DNA from: Histomonas meleagridis 2922-C6/04-290x
Taxonomy: Eukaryota > Protista > Parabasalia
Length of the DNA: 7,972 bases
Reading direction: 5' to 3'
Assembly: GCA_020184695.1 (NCBI GenBank)
Contig: JAANOX010000076.1
Coordinates: 1 to 7,972, forward strand
A program made the position numbers and the translations under genes. Positions 1-6,874 of this stretch are shown here, piece by piece. The notes below the pieces were generated by a model. The model saw only the letters and a program-made list of their open reading frames with translations, searched no databases and had not been told where the DNA came from. The number at the start of each line of letters is the position of its first letter. The stretch's first letter is position 1.

Positions 1-54
1 TAACCTCCGATCAAATAAAAACCGGGAACAAATTGTGCTGAATATACGAGGTTT

Positions 55-308
55 TTTATAAGATCATGTGAAAAGTGGCATAAAAGTGCGATCGTTTCTC
101 TCAAAAAGTTTCCTGTTATCGCAAAATTGAATGCTCATTCAAATTTTCAGACGAATTGTATGGCTCACAATAATCATTTTGCTATTTGTAGTGAGCGGAG
201 CGAGCCAATCTAGGGGGCTGAAGAGCCCGGAATGCCCCCTCGGTAAAAGAAAAGGTCGGGACTGATCGCGAGGACCCAAAAGGGACCGGGCCGCATTAAT
301 AACCTACC
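55..308 (-). mobile_element. End of a dispersed repeat / putative DNA transposon (copy L), probably continuing off the left edge
   Basis: Matches the reverse complement of 7665-7972; for example 138-170 matches revcomp(7853-7885) at 32/33 nt. Shares GAGCGGAGCGAGC (193-205), the core GGACTGATCNCGAGGACCC (259-277) and the outer motif GGTAGGTTATTAATGCGG (revcomp of 291-308). Superfamily and exact terminus are not determined. Confidence 0.75.
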
Positions 309-313
309 AATAA

Positions 314-724
314 TTAAGTTTCATGGAATCTAGTTTCAAATGTTTCTAATGAAGGTAATGAATATGGAAATAATTCGGCAAACAATTTGGACTTTATTAT
401 TGAATGTGGAATTGCATTAACTGCAAAAAAATTTATTATTTTATCAAAATCCTTTTTCCATAATTGTGAAGTATAATGTTTTGCTTTAACATGTTTTGAA
501 ACATTCCCTGGATCTGAAGAAATATATTTGTTACACAAAGAACAAAAGCCAATTTTACACCCAATCATCAAATAAATATAATCATGATTTTTATGTTTTT
601 GTGCAAAAGAAAGAGTAATTAAGTTTGGTGGTTTGGGTACATTTATTTTTGGTAATTGATTCAGTCTATTAAAGTCAAAAATTTCATTAGCTTCAATAAA
701 TGGAATACTTACAATATTTTGCAT
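314..724 (-). pseudogene. N-terminal fragment of a BED zinc-finger DNA transposase (hAT-like), 3'-truncated
   Basis: The 136-aa ORF contains C-x2-C...H-x4-H (FCSLCNKYISSDPGNVSKHVKAKH) preceded by aromatic residues, as in BED fingers. It is followed by IINFFAVNAIPHSIIKSKLFAELFPYSLPS, resembling the segment after the BED finger in hAT transposases. There is no catalytic DDE domain, and the ORF stops a few nt before repeat copy L. Confidence 0.62.
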
Positions 725-730
725 TCGGAG

Positions 731-736
731 AAATGA
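731..736 (-). promoter_or_regulatory. Initiator (Inr)-like TCATTT upstream of the BED-finger ORF
   Basis: Minus strand reads TCACA-TCATTT-CTCCGA-ATG, placing a trichomonad Inr consensus TCAY(T/A) 6 nt before the ATG at 724. Confidence 0.45.
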
Positions 737-1131
737 TGTGATACCAGATCGATTTGAGAAAATCTAATAAATTCTTGTCAAAATTCGAAGTTTTAATCTA
801 AACACATGACTTCGAACTTAAAAATCAAAAATTGCATCATCTAAGAAATTGGGGCGACCGTTAGGGAGTCATTATTCCATTCATAAATCGCTAATTTTTA
901 TGAAAAATTTAAATGGTTCATCATAGTCAATTGAAATGTTTATTTACTTAATTGTAAAGGAAGATCCACTTTTAGAAGCCTTCACGAACGAATTAGTTTT
1001 TAGCCTTAATATCAATTCCTTCTTGAAGATGGGATCGCGTTTTATGGCAATTTCTTTTAATTAGCCCCTTTTTCATTTAGTAATTTAACTATTTCTGTAT
1101 GTCCTTTTTTAGATGCAAAAATAAGTGCTGT

Positions 1132-1211
1132 TTCAAATAATTTAAATAATTTCCAAATATTATTTTGAAATATAAAATTATTAAGATAAATATCAAATAA
1201 AACAAATAAAT
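1132..1211 (-). other. 80-nt AT-rich spacer interrupting an ankyrin repeat (copy 2); candidate non-canonical intron
   Basis: Lies between the codons for ...AKN and TAL...; 73/80 identical to 1302-1381; shifts the reading frame (80 mod 3 = 2). Confidence 0.7.
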
Positions 1212-1301
1212 ATTTTTAGCATTAATATCAATTCCTTCTTGTTCAAGAAGTAATTTAGCTATTTCTGTATGACCTTCAGAAGATGCATTCATAAGTGCTG
1301 T

Positions 1302-1381
1302 CCAAAATAATTTAAATGATTTCCAAATATTATTTTGAAATAAGAAATTATTAAAATAAATATCAAATAAAACAAATAAAT
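1302..1381 (-). other. 80-nt AT-rich spacer interrupting an ankyrin repeat (copy 1); candidate non-canonical intron
   Basis: Lies between the codons for ...AKD and TAL...; gives a repeat period of 170 nt (90 coding + 80 spacer). Confidence 0.7.
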
Positions 1382-2552
1382 ATCTTTGGCATTAATATCA
1401 ATTCCTTTTTGTTTTAAAAAGTATTCAACAAGTTCAATATTTCCTGATCCAGATGAAAATACCAATATAACATGCGGAATTGAATGATCTTTAATATCAT
1501 CATTGATTTTCATTCCTTCTTTAACTAAAAATGAGAATATTTCATAGTTATGATATGAAATACATATAATTCCCAATTGGGAAAGAAGAAGATTCCCAAA
1601 TTCTTAAATTTATCATTTTTATTTTCATAAATATATTTAAAGATATCGTTTCTATGAAACTTAATTGCTGTTTCATATGCACCTTCAAATGAAGAATTAT
1701 TTTGTTCACATAAATGAATAATTTCTTCATTCCCACTTGCAACTGCATATTTACCTGTATTTATTACATTTGCATTATTTATAAGTAAATACTTAAAACT
1801 TTTAACTGATCCAAAAAATGCTGCATAATCGATTAATGTAACATTTCATTGATTAATCAAAGAACATCTTTCAGAAATTGATGACTGAATTTTTTGATCA
1901 AAATTAAAGTTTTCTTGTGATGATATTTCTTGAAGTTTTTCAATTTCATCATTTCGAATTATTTTTGCAATTTCATTTGGATTATGTCCTTCTCTAATTA
2001 ATTTCTTGTGTAATTCCCAATCATTGTTTGAAAGTTCTTCATAATTTACAAAATCATGTTCCCTTAAATAGATTGCTAATTTATCTTTAGACATATAATG
2101 TACAAAATAAGTACTCCTGTTGTTTTTTACAATGTTTGATTCAAGAAAATTATGTTCAATCATAGCTTCAAGAAGATAAGATGATTCATTTGAATTTTTA
2201 TTATTAAGAAATCGCCCAAATACATCAAATATATTGGATTTGATTTTATTACTCTCTTCAAATGTTCTTATTTCTTTTATAATATTTAAAAATAAATCTA
2301 TGTTATTGTTTTTAATTACAAAGGAATAATATATCATTTGAATAATAATTATATCATAAGATAAAGGGTGGATTTCATCAAATTTGTTGATTATTAAACC
2401 TAAAGATTTAGAGGAATTCTCTTCGTTCAAACCAAAAATTGCTTGATTTATTGATAGAAGTGTTTCCCAGTGGCAATGTTTCTTTGGATTCATATTTAAT
2501 AAGCACATAATTTTTGAATACTTTACATATTTTTGAGGCACCCCAATTTAAA

Positions 2553-2557
2553 TCATT
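2553..2557 (+). promoter_or_regulatory. Initiator (Inr) element TCATT for SKI2
   Basis: AAA-TCATT-CGTT-ATG at 2562 matches the trichomonad Inr consensus just upstream of the first ATG, which supports 2562 rather than the TTG at 2514 as the start. Confidence 0.6.
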
Positions 2558-2561
2558 CGTT

Positions 2562-5500
2562 ATGTCTGACATCATGAATGATGTTCTTCAATACCTTGAA
2601 CCAATATTCAAGGAAAACACGCCAAAAGGAATTACAATAGGATCCGAAATTTTTCCATTACGATATGTTGGATATGGCGATTTTGTACCAGAAGTTCCAG
2701 GTTCTAAAACAAACATTTTTGAATTTGAACCGACTCCAGAAACCATGGCTGTTGACATGGAAAGAGATCTTTTAACAGGGGAAGTTATATTATATAAAGA
2801 TTTACCCATATCCACTTTAGGTACTGATTCTGCATCTTTAGATCGTCGTGTTGGAAGTTATCAAGATTATCATCGTGGTGATTTCCAAAATCTTCCACTA
2901 TATACAGGTGTTACAAATACTCAAGAGATAAATCCTGTTGAACTCAATAACTATGTTTCATCTCTTGAAACTGGGGTTAATCTTTTAGTTTCACCTTTTC
3001 TTGAAGAAGTAGAAACCAATGATGATCTTCCTGAATTACCAGAATTACCAGAAGATGACATAACTCAACCCAACATCACCCCCATTTCATTACATGAAAG
3101 TGTTCAAGAGTCCTCTGACGATAGAACATTTAGTGCAATTCTTGATACATGGAATACCGATAATTACAAAGACGAAATCCCTAATCCAGCGATGGAATTT
3201 TCCTTCAAACTTGATGACTTTCAATCTCGTTCCATCTATAGGCTTGAACAAGGAAGTTCAGTTTTTGTATCTGCCCCCACATCAGCTGGTAAAACAGTTA
3301 TTGCGCAATATGCGATTGCTATGTGCCAAGCACATAAGACCCGTGCCATTTATACGTCACCAATCAAAGCTTTATCGAATCAAAAATATCGCGAATTTTC
3401 ACATCAATTTAGTGACGTTGGAATTTTGACTGGCGATGTCTCATTAAACAAAGACGCCACTATCTTAATCATGACCACCGAAATATTACGATCTATGTTA
3501 TATCGAGGTGCCGATATATTACGAGATGTTGAATGTGTCATTTTTGATGAATGTCATTATATATCAGATGGCGAACGAGGTGTTGTATGGGAAGAATCGA
3601 TTATCTTAATGCCACCACATGTTAAAATGGTATTTTTGTCAGCTACAGCGCCGAATGATTTAGAAATAGCGCAATGGATATCACGGACGAAACAAATCAA
3701 TGTATATTTAGAACGACATTTATCACGACCAGTACCATTAATTCATTCGTTATATACAGATCGACGATTTTATACTATTTCTAATCAAACGCAATTGTTT
3801 TCAGACAAAAGTTATCATCAAGCATTAAATTCATTAGATCCGAAATATTCGAATAATAATAATAACAATCGAATGAGCCGACAATTTTATACCAAACGAT
3901 TTTGGACGAATTTAGTCCGAAGTTTAGAGAAGAAAGATTATTTACCATCATTGATCTTTTCGTTTTCACAAGGGAATTGTAAATTATTTGCGCAACAATT
4001 ATTAGGTGTTTCATTATTAACAGAGAAACAACGAAGTTATGTTAAAATGTTTTGTCATAAATCGATTTCAAGAATTCCTATACAAGATCGAGAATTACCA
4101 CAAGTGAAAGAAATCTTCTCATTATTAGAATGTGGAGTTGGACTTCATCATGGAGGAATATTACCAATACTTAAAGAGATTGTCGAAATATTATTAACAG
4201 ATGGATATGTCAAAGTATTATTTTGTACAAGTACATTTCAAATGGGTATTAATGCACCTGTTAAAACTTGTTGTTTTACATCATTACGGAAACAAAATGG
4301 AAAAGAACTTGTAGAATTAACATCAACAGAATATATTCAAATGAGTGGTAGAGCAGGACGAAGAGGATTAGATACAGAAGGCATTTCTATTATATTATGT
4401 CCAGAAACAATTCCAGATAAAGAATATTTAATGAAGTTATATAAAGGATCATCGGAAAAACTTGAATCACAATTCCATATTCGTTTTAATATGATATTAT
4501 CATTAATTAGAATTCAAGGAATGAGTATTAATGATTTATTACTTAAAAGTTTATCCGCGAATTCGATTCAAGCACAAATGCCGAAATTAAAAAATGATTT
4601 AATGAAAATCGACAAAGAATTAAATGATATTGAAGATATTAAATGTTTAATACATGAGAAAGAAACAATGAATGAATTATTTGAGAATTTATATGAACTT
4701 AAGAAAATATTAAATAAAATATTTGATAAAGCAGGAACACAACAATTCATGAAATATTTATTTAAACAAGGTAATGTTATATTATATAATAATAACAAAC
4801 AAATTGATTATGGTATAATTGAACCTATTAAAAGAGATAAAACTAATTTAATACCAATAAGAATTAAGGATGGATCATTAATTAAAGTTAATATCGAAAA
4901 TATTATTGCTATCTTTAAAAAGCCAATACAAAACTTCGATCGAATTAAGAAACAACCAAAGAAAATTGTTGAATCATTACAAAAATATCAACAGAAACCA
5001 ACAATAGAATTATTAACAAATATTTATAGTAATATTAAAGATCCCGAATTCATTGAATTATCGAAACGACATTTACAATTATTTAATTCTATCATTAATA
5101 ACCAATGTATTAATTGTATACATTTCATGAAACATTATCAAATAGCACAACATAAATATTTATTAATTGAAAGACGGAATAATATTAATAATCAAGTGAA
5201 AAGTGATTCAGTACAACTTGTTCCATTATTAAACTCATATCTTTTAATGTTAGAAAACATGGGCTATATAACAAATGAAAGAATTATAACATTAAAAGGT
5301 CGAATCTCATTAGAGTTTGGACAAGCGCATGAAATTATATGTACTGAGTTATTATATAATGGATTCTTTGATAATAAAACATCTAAAGAATGCGCAACTT
5401 TAGCAAGTTGTTTAGTAGCACAAAGAATTGGGAAAAAGAATGAAGAAGATATACCTCCAAATCTTTGTGATTACGTTGATGATATGTTGGAAATAGCACA

Positions 5501-5819
5501 AAACGTATTGGATAAAATGATCGAGTTCTCAGTGCCAGTCGATGATGAAGAATTTGTGGAATATAACATAAATTATAATGGAATACATTCACTGTCCGAA
5601 TGGGCAAACGGAAGCTCATTCAGCATCGTGATGAAATACGCACAAAATATACCGGAAGGTGCAATGGTAAGAATAATAACAATGACAAACGATCTGCTAA
5701 AGAACTTCGCTAACGCTGCGAAGTTGTTGGGAAATATGGAACTGGTGGAGAAGTTCGAGGAGGCGCGCGAATGCATTAATAGGGATATAATATTCGCATC
5801 AAGTCTATACTTGGATTGA
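2562..5819 (+). CDS. SKI2: Ski2-like DExH-box RNA helicase (cytoplasmic exosome cofactor), 1085 aa, intronless
   Basis: Ski2 N-terminal motifs (ERDLLTGEVI, SASLDRRVG..DYHRG) and FKLDDFQ (Q motif). Helicase motifs: I APTSAGKT, Ia YTSPIKALSNQKYREF, Ib LIMTTEILRSMLYRG, II FDECHY, III LSATAPN, HHGGILPILKEIVE, VI QMSGRAGRRGLD. C-terminal DSHCT-like EGAMVRII...RDIIFASSLYL. The N-terminal extension favours Ski2 over Mtr4. Confidence 0.92.
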   Translation: MSDIMNDVLQYLEPIFKENTPKGITIGSEIFPLRYVGYGDFVPEVPGSKTNIFEFEPTPETMAVDMERDLLTGEVILYKDLPISTLGTDSASLDRRVGSYQDYHRGDFQNLPLYTGVTNTQEINPVELNNYVSSLETGVNLLVSPFLEEVETNDDLPELPELPEDDITQPNITPISLHESVQESSDDRTFSAILDTWNTDNYKDEIPNPAMEFSFKLDDFQSRSIYRLEQGSSVFVSAPTSAGKTVIAQYAIAMCQAHKTRAIYTSPIKALSNQKYREFSHQFSDVGILTGDVSLNKDATILIMTTEILRSMLYRGADILRDVECVIFDECHYISDGERGVVWEESIILMPPHVKMVFLSATAPNDLEIAQWISRTKQINVYLERHLSRPVPLIHSLYTDRRFYTISNQTQLFSDKSYHQALNSLDPKYSNNNNNNRMSRQFYTKRFWTNLVRSLEKKDYLPSLIFSFSQGNCKLFAQQLLGVSLLTEKQRSYVKMFCHKSISRIPIQDRELPQVKEIFSLLECGVGLHHGGILPILKEIVEILLTDGYVKVLFCTSTFQMGINAPVKTCCFTSLRKQNGKELVELTSTEYIQMSGRAGRRGLDTEGISIILCPETIPDKEYLMKLYKGSSEKLESQFHIRFNMILSLIRIQGMSINDLLLKSLSANSIQAQMPKLKNDLMKIDKELNDIEDIKCLIHEKETMNELFENLYELKKILNKIFDKAGTQQFMKYLFKQGNVILYNNNKQIDYGIIEPIKRDKTNLIPIRIKDGSLIKVNIENIIAIFKKPIQNFDRIKKQPKKIVESLQKYQQKPTIELLTNIYSNIKDPEFIELSKRHLQLFNSIINNQCINCIHFMKHYQIAQHKYLLIERRNNINNQVKSDSVQLVPLLNSYLLMLENMGYITNERIITLKGRISLEFGQAHEIICTELLYNGFFDNKTSKECATLASCLVAQRIGKKNEEDIPPNLCDYVDDMLEIAQNVLDKMIEFSVPVDDEEFVEYNINYNGIHSLSEWANGSSFSIVMKYAQNIPEGAMVRIITMTNDLLKNFANAAKLLGNMELVEKFEEARECINRDIIFASSLYLD

Positions 5820-5823
5820 GTAA

Positions 5824-6545
5824 ACAAAATATTTTGACTGTGTATTACGTGAAATTCACACTAAAAATTGTGGTCAATTTTATTATGATCTTCAAGTTAG
5901 TGTTAATGATTATCAGTACAAATCATATTCTTATCAACAACCTAAAGATAAGCCATTATTATATCCAAAAGAAGCAACAGATTTTGGTAGAATTGGATCA
6001 AATCTTAAATGGATATTAAGAAATGGACTTCTTACTATTTAAGGGAATAGACCAATAAAAATGCAGAAACACAAAAAACAAATGCAAAGAATTTAATTCA
6101 TCAATTAACTTTTCTTGAAAGTAGTTTAAATAAAGAGTATGAAGAAAAAATTGATCAAGCAACTAATATTGAATCAATTAATGAAATTGTTACAAAATTG
6201 AAAGCACAAAACGAAGAAGCAAAAGCAAGCAAAAGAGAATCAACAAAAGAAGAAATCCAAAAGTTGGAAAATTTGGGCGATCTGCAACAAGAGTATATTG
6301 AAAAATTAAAAGATGCTAAAACAGAACAAGAAATTAATCAAATATTGGAAGAAGCGAAAGCTAAAAACGAAGAAATAAAATCAAACGGAAGTGATTCCAG
6401 CAACAGTTACAAATCTACAGTTGCTGTGGCTATTCCTGTTGCTATTGTAGTAATTGCAGTTGTTGTTATTGTTGTTATCATTGTTTATAGAAAAAACAAA
6501 TTTTCTAAAATTAGTGAACATTCTGAAAGTTCGCACGATGTTTAA
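5824..6545 (+). pseudogene. 5'-truncated, disrupted type-I membrane surface protein relic (BspA-like N-cap motif, two GA-like modules, TM helix, short tail)
   Basis: The frame from 5824 reads TKYFDCVLREIHTKNCGQFYYDLQV...FGRIGSNLKWILRNGLLTI*GNRPIK (TAA at 6040-6042). A second frame, open 6051-6545, reads NAETQKTNAKNLIHQLTFLESSLNKEYEEKIDQATNIESINEIVTKLKAQN / EEAKASKRESTKEEIQKLENLGDLQQEYIEKLKDAKTEQEINQILEEAKAKN, then a Ser-rich linker, TM VAVAIPVAIVVIAVVVIVVIIVY (6420-6488), RKNK stop-transfer and TAA. No in-frame ATG start is present. Confidence 0.7.
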
Positions 6546-6874
6546 ATGAATAATTCCACAAAAGAATCGCAATACCAAATAAATAATAGTAAAATATATT
6601 TTAAAAATAAATTATAATTTCATTTTTCTCTGCAGAAGCATTCGCTTTGTGATGTGTTCAAATGGCACTGCATTTAGGAACTGAACATGAACACTTCTCA
6701 CGATAAATAATGATTCACCATTTAAGAAACAATGCGGAACTTCAGGGATGGCTGGGCATTAGGCACAACTTTTGGCCAAAATTCCATATGGAATAGCAAT
6801 TTTTTGAAAATGATTTGAAATTTATAGACATTTTTCTGTATAGCATCTGTATATAAACAAAATTTCGGCTTATC

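Larger units (their letters stand above)
1057..2508 (-). pseudogene. DUF3447-like / ankyrin-repeat protein gene, disrupted (in-frame TGA, 23-nt insertion, two 80-nt spacers)
   Basis: Manual translation joins several ORF-track pieces into one gene. 2508-1600 is one frame with TGA at 1846-1848 (...EGHNPNEIAKIIRNDEIEKLQ...ERCSLINQ*NVTLIDYAAFFGSVKSFKYLLINN...YAVASGNEEIIHLCEQ...YETAIKFHRNDIFKYI). After a 23-nt insertion, 1576-1382 reads LGIICISYHNYEIF...SSGSGNIELVEYFLKQKGIDINAKD, 1301-1212 reads TALMNASSEGHTEIAKLLLEQEGIDINAKN and 1131-1057 reads TALIFASKKGHTEIVKLLNEKGAN*. The start could be ATG 2508 or 2493. Confidence 0.8.

Noticed and set aside
784-816. 8-bp inverted repeat TTCGAAGT/ACTTCGAA upstream of the BED ORF
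   Set aside because: Short, cannot be tied to a terminus or TSD, and compatible with chance.
1298-1373. Canonical GT-AG intron reading of the ankyrin spacers (GTTTTA...GGACAG, 76 nt)
   Set aside because: Removing it gives GAT ATT TAT TTC ACT TAT GAA TGC ATC TTC TGA, which is the wrong frame, loses the TAL motif and hits a stop; there is also no ACTAAC branch point. AT-AC options likewise fail to restore both the frame and the conserved T.
1089-1748. ORF-track entries 1089-1292, 1289-1576 and 1548-1748 as separate genes
   Set aside because: The first two are pieces of the single interrupted ankyrin gene running into spacers; the third is an off-frame overlap of the DUF3447-like region.
2514-2561. 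TTG start at 2514 for SKI2 and GTG start at 2541 for the ankyrin gene
   Set aside because: These are bacterial-style starts that would make the two genes overlap; an Inr followed by ATG at 2562 is the better eukaryotic start.
3851-3869. (AAT)n tract in SKI2
   Set aside because: Ordinary in-frame poly-Asn microsatellite in a loop region.
2588-5827. Short ORFs nested in or antisense to SKI2 (2588-2815, 3094-3429, 3781-4014, 4568-4798, 5383-5619, 5573-5827)
   Set aside because: Shadow frames of a long conserved CDS with no recognisable motifs.
5816-6019. 67-aa ORF after SKI2, and the antisense ORF 6381-6578
   Set aside because: Low-complexity off-frame readings; the protein-like frames are 5824-6060 and 6051-6545.
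1846-6042. Alternative genetic code (TGA or TAA reassigned) to explain the in-frame stops
   Set aside because: SKI2 terminates at TGA at the expected C-terminus and has no internal stops over 1085 codons, other genes end in TAA, and the affected genes also carry frameshifts.
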